Shown here in pieces: positions 1 through 13,961 of a DNA stretch of 64,000 bases (positions are counted from its first letter, which is position 1; each line of letters opens with the position of its first letter). This DNA comes from Adineta vaga (Eukaryota; Animalia; Rotifera), in the NCBI GenBank assembly GCA_021613535.1, contig CP075493.1:3658001-3722000 (forward strand), given 5' to 3'. The position numbers and the translations under genes were made by a program. The notes below the pieces were generated by a model, which was given only the letters and a program-made list of their open reading frames with translations, did no database searches and was not told the DNA's origin.

Positions 1-1008
1 GAAAAATCGAGGAAAAAGTCGTTTGTAAGGTATAAATATAAATAAATGAGCCATTTTCACTATTCTTTTCTAACACACACACACACACACATTCATCAGT
101 GTAATAGCCTACGGAAATCTGAGAAAAGTTGCTCACGGTTCATGACATTTTCTCACTATGACTATTGCTGTATTATCTCGAGTAATATAATTGATGAAGA
201 ATGTTTCTTGTCATCATCGTCATCTATTAATTTCACAAATTCAAACATAGGATCGGAAAATTGAGTAAAAAAAGAAGGAGATAAATCATTATTTTGTCTT
301 TAGAAAACTCTCTCTCTTCTATACAATGTGTTCTTACTAAATATTCGCTTCACTTAATCACATAATCATGTATATAAATATATGCTTTATTTCACTGATG
401 TTGTGACAATAGATCGTGTATCTCTATCTATATACGTAGAGAAATATCTCTCTTTTCTTTGTCATAATGACATTTTACATATGTAACGATCTTAGATGTC
501 GAATCATAATTATTTCAATGGCATATGATATTCAAAGGTGTACTGACGTCAAGATGTCGACTGATCAATTAGTTTCTGTCACATAGAATATGATCGAGAT
601 GAAATTATATGATTTTTAAAAATGATTGGCGGACGCTTTGGGATAATTGATCAGGTATCCGATAGACAGTTAAATAGGTCGTTATTCTGTACTATAACTA
701 TGAAAAATTCAAATACAATAGACGACGATAGTAAGAAGATAAGAGATTATTGGCCTTGTCACCACAACAGCAACAGAATTGGTAAAGACATATCGGCTCC
801 CATAGAGTACATTCTTTTATAAATGCAAACAGCCGGTCGACGATCGAAAGGGAAAGACGATCTAAGTCTTTCTTCTATTTTTTTTATCTCTTATTGTCTT
901 CTTATTTGCTTGTATACAAAGGGCGAAAATGGGCTAAAGATGAGCTAACACTACACAGCAAATAAAAAGAACAAGAAAAGAAACAATTTCTTTACGGATA
1001 AGAAAAAA

Positions 1009-1030
1009 AGAGAGAGAGAGAGAGAGAGAG
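1009..1030. repeat. (AG)n microsatellite
   Basis: Eleven AG units seen directly; an (AC)n run is also present at about 73-90. Confidence 0.9.
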
Positions 1031-1816
1031 GCATATGCAACAGATGGAATCGACCTTCGGGAATCAGATATTCATATAGAACAATAAACATTTGATTAAA
1101 AAAATCGCTTTCATCTATCTATCTATATAATATTATGTTATTATCAAAAACATTTTCTTGTTCTGATAATCAGTAGAAACGATTATTTGTATGTCAAATT
1201 AATAAATAATTTAGTTAGTTAATAAACATCTATAGCGACATATTAATCAACGGAGAGATATTCTTACGAAATCATTAGAAAATTAGTATCCTATTATATA
1301 AAATATTAAGGAAAATAATGCAACATACATTCTCATATATTCTTATAAATTAAATCACGTAAAAAACACATAAACACGAAGAAACTAACATCTAGACGTT
1401 TTTTTATTGTTCACTATATAAAACTATGTATGAAAGGTCAAATGAGAAACGTTTCAGTCAGATTATTTTCTTGTGTCGAAAAAGCTCTAAAAAATGATTA
1501 TTTGATTTGGTAAATTGTGTGTAATATTATTTTGTTTATAGTTGCATAAGAACAGTTGTAAATGAGCTAGAGATGTTAATTATATATTTTTGTATTGATT
1601 TGTACACTACTCGAGGGTATAATTCATTTCTGTCATCACTGAACGGTTGATTTCAACAAATGAATAAATCATTCATACAGAATATTCGAACGTTATCAAC
1701 AATTTCTTCCTGTTTTCAATCGTTATATACATTAGAGTAGAGTATTAATTATGTGACAAAATGTTTAGCTTCAATGAAAAGTTTTTTTTTGTAAAGAATG
1801 GAAACATTATGTTAGT

Positions 1817-2905
1817 TTATTCTTCAGATGATACTGAAAATGGTCGTGCTCGTGTCCAAGCATTTAAACCCATTTTATAACCATTTTCACCTGGTGGACG
1901 TCCAGCATGATATGTCAAATAGTCAAGACGTCCTTCCTTATCAACATTCGACCAGAAGATACTGTTTCCAGGTATTGGACGAAATCGAATACCAGAACCA
2001 GTTGATTTTTCATCACAAAATAGAATATCACAAAGTTGTTCATGTAATGTTTCATTAAATCGAACTTCTATAAATTCAGTTTCACCTTTTGAACAATTTG
2101 CTTGAAGATAAGTAACAAATGTTGTTAATCGTTGACCACCATTTTTCAATAGATCTGCTTGCCAAAACCAATCATAATGAGGTTGAAACTAGAAGGATAG
2201 AAATCAAATCTTGTCTATTTATGAAACTTTATCATACTTGTTGATCAGGTGTATATTTAACTATTTGGAATGGTTCGATACGTTCTACTTCAATATTTCC
2301 TTGAAATTGAGCAAATCTTTGTTCGATACATTTTACAACAGATGTTTGATGTCGTTTAAGATTTGCCGAGCTTGACGTTCGATAAGTATCATAGTTATGT
2401 GCTCCATTGACATCATAGACTTTCGAAGGATGAAATAACGGTTCTCTAGTATAGATATAATACAATATTATATATAAATATATATATATATATATAATAG
2501 TTGTTTTTCAACATACGCTAATTCACTCAAATGTTCGATTTCATTTCTAGTAAGAAATTGTTCAATATAGATAATCAATGGTTTTCGTGTAATAATTCGA
2601 GTGTGGTATCGATGATGAGGACATTCTTGTTCATATTGAGATAAATGATAATTAACAGAACCATCTATGCGTTTAATATGTTCTTCTTTATCAATAATCA
2701 ACTGTGTAGGTTGAATTATTAGTTGTCGAAGATATATTTGAAAAGTAGTTAAACATTTTATAATACTTAGGAGACCATAATCAAATAACGGAGAAGTAAT
2801 CTCTTGTGGATAATAAACAGTAAAAAGACAGAGGGAAATGATGATCATAAGGCCTACTATTAAATAAATCATAGTTATAGAATATTTTCTAATACTATCG
2901 ATCAT
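1817..2905 (-). CDS. Prolyl 4-hydroxylase-like 2OG-Fe(II) dioxygenase with N-terminal membrane anchor (3 exons)
   Basis: N-terminal hydrophobic helix, then PLIIYIEQFLT, RTSSSA and IEPFQIVKY. Splicing 2238->2188 gives the HxD motif FQPHYDWF. Downstream are RLTTFVTYL, the distal His in YHAGRPP and the 2OG-binding Lys in KMGLNAW. Confidence 0.88.
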
Positions 2906-3958
2906 ACGTACCTGATAATATACGACTTATATACATTATTATCGTATATGATTTTTACAAGGATTATTGATCATTACATTTGATTAATATCATTATGTTT
3001 ATATCTGCAGATTTTTACATCCTACAAAATTCTTATCTAAAAATAATCAAACATTTCTTTCAATGACTAAGATTTATGACTGAATAGTTCGAACAATCTT
3101 ATTATTTCAAATTCCATTGTTGTTAAGTAAACAGCATGCAAAACGAATCGTAAACGCGCATGTTCGAAAAACGAGAGCAGTAACATTTTTTTTGTTTGTA
3201 CAGAAGAAAAAGAAACTATTCGATAGTTAAAATGTATGAGAATGGATGAGTACAGACGTGAGTCTTTATGTTAATAGTTGAGAATTCGTCGATATTCAGT
3301 CTTGTTTGGTTATTTGTTAAAGTATTTCTTCGAAGAAATCAGCACAAAATTCTAATTCTTATACCTCAATCGTTGGAATAATACGCATATAAAAGTATAT
3401 GTAGAAATGAATATCTATGTTTTTCATGTTAGATCATATTCAATTGTAGTGATGACACAATTCTATGTTATTTAGAAAAATCTCTGAATAAGATCAAATT
3501 AATAGTGAAGATATTGAAGATGTAATTCGACTAGCAGATTGTTTGTGAGTAACATATATATCAATAACATACAGCATAGTTAGAATGTACTGATTAACTT
3601 CGTTCAAAACTTCAACAATATGAATAGTATCAAAAATTGATATGTGAAAGTTTAATAAAATAAGGTTGAGAATAGACGACATTTTGTACGGTTCAAACTC
3701 GAAATAGGAAATAACTGTGATAGACTTTAATGTACTTCATGAGATTTTAATTCATAGGTATGCAAATTAATAATCAAACTCATTCAAAGATATTCTCAGT
3801 CTCGTTTTCATTTATTATAAGTATGAAATCTAGATTGATGATAAAAACTGCATGTAAATGATATTGGAATCGTTTAAGATGAGGTAGACACAGTCAGTCC
3901 AATTGCGAAAAATAAACGAACATAGCAAAAACATATGTAAAAATACTGAAAGAAAGTT

Positions 3959-4628
3959 TTAAAAAACACTAGACATTGTGCCACGGTGTTGATAACTGCT
4001 AGCATGGAATTGAACAGGATTTTTCGGTGACCTTTGTGATGTTGCTTCTGCAGGAATATTTGCTAACGCATCCAAGACTTCAAACTGCGAAAAATTGAAT
4101 ACACAGGAACCAAATGCACCACTAATAGCAATTGGATTCACTGTATGTTTGAGAAAACAGAATGCATCCAACAAAATGGAATCAAACAAGGACACATAAC
4201 AAGCAAGTAGCATGTTGATTCTCCACCGGGACATGAGTCAAACGATACGCATTTGGGATTAGTTTCTATATAACTAATATCCGAAAGAAAGATCATAGAA
4301 TCAGAGCGATCTGTTTGACATCCGCATAAATGATCTTGACGAGTCTGAATTAATCGCGTTTTAGTTAAATCTACTGTATACGTTGGGCCACAACCACATG
4401 CTTTCTGTTCACATTCATATGTTTGACGTAAATCCTCTGTTTCGCTGATTCTAAAAATACTATTGGTTGGCTGGCTTGTCACAGGTGAAGATGATCCCAG
4501 TATACTCCTAAGAATGAAATTTTATTCATAGTATGCCTAGTATAAATAGTTGATATTCCTAAATAAAATACTTACATTTCATATGCAGTCTTTCGATTCA
4601 TTAGTATCTCAACTGCTTCATATGACAT
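3959..4628 (-). CDS. Cysteine-rich protein of unknown function (2 exons; one internal frameshift near 4140-4180)
   Basis: ATG at 4628; the intron 4508-4575 (GTAAGT...TAG) joins in frame to ORF 4138-4482 (CGCGPTY, CPCLIPF). The C-terminal part (NPIAISGAFGS) continues in the -1 frame in ORF 3959-4234. Confidence 0.55.
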
Positions 4629-5854
4629 GAAATTGTTGTTGGAAAATTCTGTTGTGATGAGCAATAAGAAAGAACACATTCGCCGAAAGATTTATCTTTG
4701 TTGATATAGTGATGGAGCTGTACTCATATTACTCTATCATTATCATCCAATGAAAAGTTTTTTTTGTTTAATATCATCGAAGAAAACGATAAATATCATG
4801 CTTTACCTAGATTTTTATCAATATTACGTTACATGTTGACAAGAAAAAGTCATTTCAGTTTATGTAATGAGAGAGAGTTTGAATATAGTTCATTAAACTC
4901 TATGTATCGGCGTACGAACAATTCGTCACAAATGTGTTATAATTAATTAACATTGAAACATTCTCTCTTATTAGTGGACATAGCTACAAATATAATTCAA
5001 TTCATAAGAAAACCACACCATTATCAACAATCCTGTTACTAATATCAACTGAAACCCAATATTCTGATGCTATTTCGAACAAGAAAATATTAACTAATTT
5101 GAAAACATGACACAAAATTTAAACTACGAAAAGAATTTATTAGACAGATTTTAAAAGGAAGACATTATTCCATCGGACAAAAACATCATTTTGTTCGAAA
5201 TATTAAGCGGTTTTTCAATGTCATCAATCAAGTGGAGATTCAAGCAAACTTCAGCTTTACAGAAAGATTCTACAAATGAGCTGATGGTCTTTATCATAGT
5301 TCATTTAGTAAATATTCATCTCTTTATTTTAAAATATGTTTATTTTTGTTAATGAAAATTCAAAGTGTTTTTCTTGAAAACAGATTATTTCGCAACAATG
5401 ATGGTTATGTAAAATGATTATTACGTTTTACAAATATAACCACTTTCATGAGATGTTTATCTCTCTCCTTCTACCAGTAAATTTTGTTAATCTTATTACA
5501 ATTATTGAATTCTGCGATGAATTATCGAGTCACGTAAGTATCATTACATAGTGATAAGCTATTGAAACAATATGATACAAAACCAGAAAATAGTGTTTAT
5601 CTGTATGCAATTCGAGTAGTTCAAAACAAAAGATAAGTAATGACCTATATTAATGTCTCGATGATGATTGCAAATTACTTTTGAGGCTAATATGAGTATA
5701 TGAAAAATGGGAATAATACATTTTTCATATGCAATGTTGCCTCCCTATGAATATTGTTATACAAAACAATAAATAAATGAATTTTGATTGTTAAATACAT
5801 AAAAATTTATTTCTAGATAAAAATCATACATATAAATCTTGAGATGCGATTACT

Positions 5855-6243
5855 TCAATTATAAACAGTATCTGTTGTTGAATAATAGTTATAATAAGAC
5901 ATAAAAACATTATAAATGACTAGACCTGCGATTGCAACCAAAGCAACAAACACTAAAAAATATTCTTGTGGTTTTAGTCTTATTGAACGTGGTCGTTCTC
6001 GACTAGCATGTTGTCGCAATGGTGGCTTTTTCTCTCGATAGGTATGACGTTGACTCTGTAAGGACCGTTTTTCTCTTCCAGATGCGAGTCCATATGTAGC
6101 AAGTAATGAATTGAGACGTAACCTAGATATGAAAGAATAAAGAAAAAGATCGATATTCTGTTTTCTATCATTTCACATTCATCCAACAAACACGAGCAAT
6201 TCAGATATATGTATACTATTACAACATCAAACTAAACTCACAT
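5855..6243 (-). CDS. 89-aa basic tail-anchored membrane protein, weakly TRIQK-like; start codon split by an intron
   Basis: CACC-AT|GTGAGT...TAG|G-TTA; intron 6123-6241 restores ATG. The product is MLRLNSLLATYGLASGREKRSLQSQRHTYREKKPPLRQHASRERPRSIRLKPQEYFLVFVALVAIAGLVIYNVFMSYYNYYSTTDTVYN*. It is not in the ORF track. Confidence 0.65.
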
Positions 6244-6631
6244 GGTGAAACTTTTCCAACAAGAAAAGAAGCTCAATCTAAAATAGAACTATAAAGTTCA
6301 TGTGTCTTGTTTTATTTATGCAAGAGTTTGAAGAAATTAGAGGATTATAATTTATTGTTGAATATAAATAGAACGCAAATATGTATTAGTTTCCAGTTTA
6401 ATTGTTCTCATGGCAAGTTGCTTTTTTTAAAAAGAAATTGTTATGTTAAAGACGAAAATAATGTTTGTACAAAGAAACGAGAGAGAAATCACTTGAATGT
6501 ATAATAAGAATGAGAAATATAAATTTACAATTGAAGAATGATGATCTTGATTAAGATAATAGGGAAAAACTAAGCTGTTTTTTTTATATGTTTTGATACA
6601 TTAAATGAGCAGAAGAAATCCATGTGAACGT

Positions 6632-9600
6632 CTAATGACGATGAGCAAACCAATCTGTCTCTTCAGTGCTATCGATGGTTAAAATTTCGACAACTTTGTT
6701 CAAATCATTGTTATTTTCTGTCAATAAACGTTGATTTTTTTGACGATTAACAAAGCCCATTTCAATTAAAATTTTCATTGGATCATTTGTTAAAATCGAT
6801 GTTTCTTCTTCATCTACATGCTCAAAATGATCATCATTGATAGCTACATTAACTGTTTCAATAACTGGTTCTTGTTGTTGTTGTTGAACAGGTGCCGAAG
6901 GTATCTATAAGAAGTATTAACTGTTATTCAATCTATAAGAAAGTAGAAGATCAAACCTCATCGTTTGCTTGTAATGTATTGAAAATGGCTTTTGCTGTTG
7001 AACCTGCTTGTTTAGCAACACTAAAGATATTCGTTACGACTGAATCAACAAAATCCAATGATTGACTAAAATATAGGTATGAAAGTTTACATGCTTGAAG
7101 ACGTGTTTAGTACACTTACTTAGCCCGTAAGGATTGTTGTTGACGTTCTTCGTTATTATTTCGAAGAGCAGGTCTTAATGCAATTAATGGCATTTCATTG
7201 GGCATTTCTAATGTAAGTGGTACTGCTGTAGTGGTAAATGTTGATATGCTATCATTATCACTATCGTTTGTATTTCGTGATGTGTTAATTAGTGATTCAG
7301 TTTGAGTATCGGTAGAACTGAAGCGACTTAAACTGAAACTTGACTAAAATAGATGCAAGTTATTAGTAAGGCTAGTGACAGATTGAATATACTTACACGA
7401 ACAGAACTACTGTCTGCTGATGAATTGTATGGTTTTGAAAGATCAAAGCAAGATGGTAATGGTACATCAACAAATTCGAATGTTTCTTTGACTTCCATGA
7501 TTGGTTCTAAAAAAAAGAGTAAAGAACATGTACAAAATGTTTCTTCAAAGTGTTTTTTATAGAAAGAGAAAACAAACAAAATGAAGAAAACATATTTCAG
7601 AAGAAATACGGATGCACTACGTGTTTGTAAGTTTTTCTTATTATTAATACTTACGAGATACTGTGGTTGTTGTTGCTGTTTTGGAACCAACTTGAATGGA
7701 ACACCAAATCATTGGGCCAAATGTTCGTTGACGAAAGGAAAGGATCCATTTACTTTCATAAGTACCAGCGTCACTAGCACACATATAATCTACTGTAATC
7801 AATGCTCGATCATGTGGTGCCGTGACAGGAATAACTGGTTGACGAACGATTTTGATACCATCAGCAAGATTGATCAATTCAATATCATCACTGCTCCATG
7901 GCAGAGAACCATCGTTAAGAAGAATCCAACCTTTGCGAAATACTTGTCCAGCTTCCATAGGTGTACCATCTGGTGTATTTTCATCAGCAATGAATCGAGC
8001 TGAATATGGACTGAAAAAGAAAAATCATTTTTTAGACGATTTATTCAAATTTTCTATAAAACTTCACGACTTGTAAATGTTTACGAACGATGTAAAAGAT
8101 AAAGAGACTATAAAATATGAACCTACCGAAGTAATTTAAGTTTCTCTTCGATTTTTAAAACGTCTCGTAAGTTTCCATGGCATGTTGCTATTTGAAGATC
8201 ATTATAAAGAGCAGCAATTTTGACTTTCATTGGTGCAAAAAAACGAAGAACATCTGCTGGATCCGATCTGTAAGAAAGAAAAAAAATTGAATACATATTT
8301 ATAACGATTTATTTATTATACCGATCGTAAGTTTTAATTGTTGTTTGATTTGATGATCGTTTACTCTCTTTCTTAGCATTGTGACGTTGCTGTTCTCGTC
8401 GATGTTTTCGTTTAAGTGAACGTTTTTCTGATGATGATAATAAATCCTTTAGAAAGCAAAAAAGACAATTTGTTGTTGTATAATATTCCTATTTCCTCTA
8501 TTGTTCTTACGTCAGTTGTACACTCCGTAATATGATTTCGTGAAAATAAAGGTAGAAGTACTTGTTCATCTGTACGTTGTTTCTTAATATTCTAAAATAC
8601 AATCGATTATATTCAATATTAGAGATGAGAAGAGCTTAGAATATACTTGTGGTTCCGTATCACCATTGGCCACTGTTAATGTTCGAACATTTGCAGCAAG
8701 TTGTTCATAACAATCTTGACTTTTTGATTTTTTACTGATCGTCATCTTTTTCAATGGCACAATCAACTAGAAACGAGAAAGGAAAGAGTCATTCTGATTT
8801 TTTTTGTACATCATTTTTGAACATACAGGAGCAACTGGTTGTGGTAATGATGGACTATTATCAGCTTTCGGTGCTATTGGTATTTCAAGTATTTCATTAA
8901 CTTCATCATTCATTTCATAATTGAAACAAACTTCAATTAATGTTTCGTTGAGTTCATTCAACTAGAGAAACAAATAATGATAGATCAATGAAGTATATAC
9001 AAAAACGAAATCATTTACATCTTCATTTGAACCATCACTTGTTTTCTTTGTTTGAAGAAGATATTGAATTGCTTGTCGAATAGATGCAGTAAATAATAAT
9101 CGAAAATGATGTGCTTCAATACATTGATGACATTTGGAAAAAAGTTTAAGTAAAGAATTGTATTCCTACAATAGAATGTTTAATAAATAAATTATAAGAA
9201 GAAGAGAACAAACAAACGAACCATTGTTGTTGTTTTTGTTGAATTCGAACTTTTCATTTGTTCGAATTGATTTTGAAGATTTTTCAAACCATTTTGTACA
9301 ATAAACTAAATGAAGATTTCGTTTTAAAAAAAAACATTTTCATTCGTATGGATTAACATACACGTTGAATAAGTGATCGAATCCAACCATAGGATTCCAT
9401 TGAATTCGAATAATTTGTTCGTAAAAATTCGTCATCATCTAATTGATTGACACGATCTTCTGGTAACAGTTTATCTTTATGTTTTTGAGAGAATGTTGTA
9501 TTAGTATCGAATGCCTAAAAATGAGAGATAGATTTTATTCAAATTAGAATCCTGAAAAAATCATATAACTTACGATTGCGAGTGTATTTAATAAGGTAAT

Positions 9601-10467
9601 TGGTACAGGTGCATAGCGCAGACGAATACCAACTAAATCAACAAGTAATTCTGTCATATTGAATATGCCCATTTGAATTTCATGTGGCCAGGAAAATACC
9701 GACTGAGTAGTATGTAGCTAAAAAAAATAGTATAAATATTATTCAGTTTGTCAAAAAAAAAAAGTTATATTCTGCGATGATGAATTGTATTTACTTACTT
9801 TTCGAAAAGCTTCGGGTACAATAGCTTCAGTAAATTGTTTACAATCCGCATTTGAATCAAGTTTGCCTTCAAATAAAAAATCAACGATTAGATGAAAATA
9901 AAAACAATTACACATTGATCACAACTACCTTCTTGTGCTAATAAAATTGCTGATGTTAAACAAACACCTAAGGCTTCGTCTAATTTAATCGGTATGTACC
10001 ATTTATCAACGAGAATATTATTTCGAAGATTTTGAAGTTTATCTGATGGAAAAACAGTGAATTTTGGAATATGAATTTCTTGTTGGTTTTTTCCGATATG
10101 ATATATTCCATCAAATTTATGTACATTATCAATATAAACAGCCAATGATAATGATTTCAGACCATGATCTCGAGCATACTAGAAAAGTGCAATACATATT
10201 GACATACAAAAAACGAAAGTTTTAAACGAGATTTACTTTGACATTCATATCAAATTCATCTTTATTTTCAATACGAATTTCTTCTTGTTCCTCGTCAATC
10301 ATACATATTTTAAACTTTTTGTCTGTATTTCGACAAAGATGTTGAACCTAGGAAATAGTAACAGATACAATTGATGATGTCTTACTGATCAATGTACTTA
10401 CATATTGAACTAATCCATTCCAATCTGTTACTTCAACCGGTAATTGTTTAGTAGTAGTGTCAGCCAT
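6632..10467 (-). CDS. NBR1: NBR1-type selective autophagy receptor: PB1 - USP24-N-like helical domain - FW domain - LIR - UBA (multi-exon)
   Basis: PB1 acidic motif MIDEEQEEIRIENKDEF; FW domain ADENTPDGT...GWILLNDG.PW...GTYESKW...FGPMIWCSIQV; LIR-like FEFVDVPLPSCFDLSKP (human NBR1 YIIILPECFDTSRP); UBA MGFVNRQKNQRLL...DWFAHRH*. The exons from PB1 through to the FW domain splice in frame. Confidence 0.85.
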
Positions 10468-11497
10468 ATTAGATGGCAAATGTGTCGTTTATTCTGCGTC
10501 GAAAGAAATTAAAAAAAATAAAAATCTAAAGATATTTGTATATATATATACATGAAAAGTGCATAAAGGTGCGTCGAGAATATTACTAATATTCAAACTA
10601 AACACGCGCTCGTAAGATATAGTTAACGTTGTGCAAGACACAGATAGACTAGACTCCTTCGAGAAGAAAGAAAGAAAAGAAAAGAACGCATATGACGAAG
10701 TTGTAGAATAGAGAAATGAGAGGGAGAGAGAAAAAAACAGTGAGTAAATATATCGACGGTTATTATGTTGTGTTCTTGAATCATATGGTAGCTTAGTTTA
10801 AAATGGAGAAAGAAAGAAATAAAAGGGAATTAACAATAGTGAGGGTAGACATGTACGTCGAGAATATAAATGAAAATGTTTCTTGCTCGAAAAAAAACAA
10901 GCTGATCTAGTTCTGGTGATCGAAAGGGAAATAGATTGAAAAAACTCGGATGAAACGTTTACAGTTCTCTTAATATACTCATTTTTCTTTTACGATTGAA
11001 GAAAAGTTTCTCGATTTGATTTGGAAGTTGGATAACGAATACATAGCAACATAAACTTTGCGTTGCAGTAAACTTTCTCTGTCGCAAACAACACCTAAAT
11101 CTCCTTTAATCTATTATCGTGTTCAAACTAATCTACAATTCCTGAAACTGCATTCACAAATATCTTCGTTGCACTTTCTCTCTCTCTCGGAAATAACATT
11201 GTAATCAAGCTCATAAATGCCTGAGAAACATATATCGAATGCGATAAGTTTCAGACACAAGAGAAACTTTCATTTAGAATCATAATATTGCCAAATTCTA
11301 TTCATTGATCTCTCATCTAAAAAGAAAAAGAAAGCTTTTCAATAGATACTGTTTTTCTTTAGTTGATGTTTTTATTTTTCTTTATTCTTATTCTCCTCAA
11401 GAGATATGAATAATGACGATATACAGCAAAACAAAACAAGAAAGAAAATAACAATATGTTCGTTGCCGTTATCGTATTTTATATAATATCTTGTGTT

Positions 11498-12147
<650 letters not shown>

Positions 12148-13079
12148 TGTTGATCAAAAATGATGGATAACAACAGTGAAATAGATCTAAAAGAAAGAAA
12201 ATATTATAGAAGCAGATATAGGAAACTCTTCGCTATGATTAGAGTCATCTAGCTAAGAAGATAATCGATTTCGATGTGGTTGTTCGACCTCACCAATACT
12301 CGCCATAAAAATTCCAAACGAGTCTCCGTTTGTCAATTAAGAAATAAAAGAAAAATTAAGCTTCTTTATCAATGAAAAATTCTTCTAAACTTTTTTAATC
12401 ATGTATCAAAAGTTTTAATGAGGAAATACATTTGCATTATATTCGATAGATGTCACTGTCAAACACTCAACATAGTGAAAGGTAACTCAGTAGTATATAG
12501 TGATACAAATGAATCACATACATATTTTACTTCATTTGACTTAAGCTCAAGTAGTTGTAGGACAGTTTTAAAAAATCAGATAAGTAGTTTTATCAATCTC
12601 CAGGTCATAACAAATAAGTAACAGTTATTTTGCATTATTAGAAAAGAATATATATCCATTATTTGAATACATATAGATACCCTTTGGTTTGCTAAAATTT
12701 GTCATGTAAATCTACTCGACAGTTCTAATAATTTCTTTCACATATTTATTCCTTTCTAGACAAAGGAAAAAAACAACGTTCTTGCTATACTCGATAGCAT
12801 CTAGTTGATTAATAAATATTTGTTTATATATATATATATATATTTCACATGACTTTAACAGAAAAGCGAGTTAGATAAGATATCACTATACACCAAGTGA
12901 TAAAAAGAAAAACTGCTATACTCTCTTCCTTTTCTTGTAACATCTAATCTGATTGTGAAATAATGAGTTGACAGTGAGATTTATTCAATGAATATCAATT
13001 ATTTAAAAAAAGACTTTTCCTCTGCTTGATTCAATCAAACAAAAAAATCTTAATGTATAAATGCGACATGTTTTATATA

Positions 13080-13677
13080 TTAAGGTATAACAGGTTTTGA
13101 TCGTTCGATACTAACACTTGCTTCAGACAATCCCGGTTGTGATGTAGCGGAACGTACGCGAAAACCAGCAGAACTACCAGTTCGAGAAGACTTCTGTGTC
13201 GATTGAGAGAACGATGCCGATAGATTCGCTCGTTGATTTGCCGTTTTTATCTGTCGACGACGCCAATACACGGCAAAAACAGCCAAACAAACAATGCAAA
13301 ATAGCGATATGCTTACACCAATAATCACAGCATCAGATAATGGTATTGAATCTGGTTGGGCAGTGGCACGAAACGGTACACATTGTCCATCTTTACAATG
13401 ATAATCCGCTATATAAAGAAAAGAAAAGAAAAGCTATGATTAGGATTTTTAATACTAATTGAAATTTTTACCAGAACAACATGAATATTTGTTATCTTTC
13501 GGATCGAAACATTTTGTTCCTATTAATAAACAAACAATGGCTTTCATATTTTTTTGATAGATCTGAAAAAATCTTACCTAAATGACCGCCAAAATAGAAA
13601 CAATTCTCAACACTTTGACTAATATCAAATAATATTGAAGAGAATATCAGAAATATAAATGGTAGAAGACGTTTCAT
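13080..13677 (-). CDS. Small type I membrane protein with a six-cysteine (knottin-like spacing) ectodomain, 3 exons
   Basis: Exons 13578-13677, 13472-13519 and 13080-13408 splice in frame. They give a signal peptide, CFYFGGHLGTKCFDPKDNKYSCCSADYHCKDGQC, a TM helix VIIGVSISLFCIVCLAVFAVYW, an RRR stop-transfer and a Ser-rich tail. Confidence 0.75.
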
Positions 13678-13961
13678 GATAAAATTTTAGACACAAATGA
13701 CAGTCTACTGATACTTATATTTATGTCGAAACAAAAAAGATAACTAGATGATATTCGAGTTTCACGCGACTACGAAATGTGATGTGATAAGCAGTTTTCG
13801 AATGTTGTTGAGATGAAGACCAGAGATTGTCAAAAAGAAATGAAGTTTCATAGGTCTCACTATGAATCATCATATGTTATTTCAGCTGCAAAACATTTGT
13901 TGAACGAAAGTCACGCCTAACTTTCCTTCTTGACAACTTGATTTTAGGGTGAGTATGGGTG

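Noticed and set aside
1-1800. Short ORFs at the start of the window
   Set aside because: They overlap microsatellites and show no coding signal; this is probably an upstream or intronic region of a gene outside the window.
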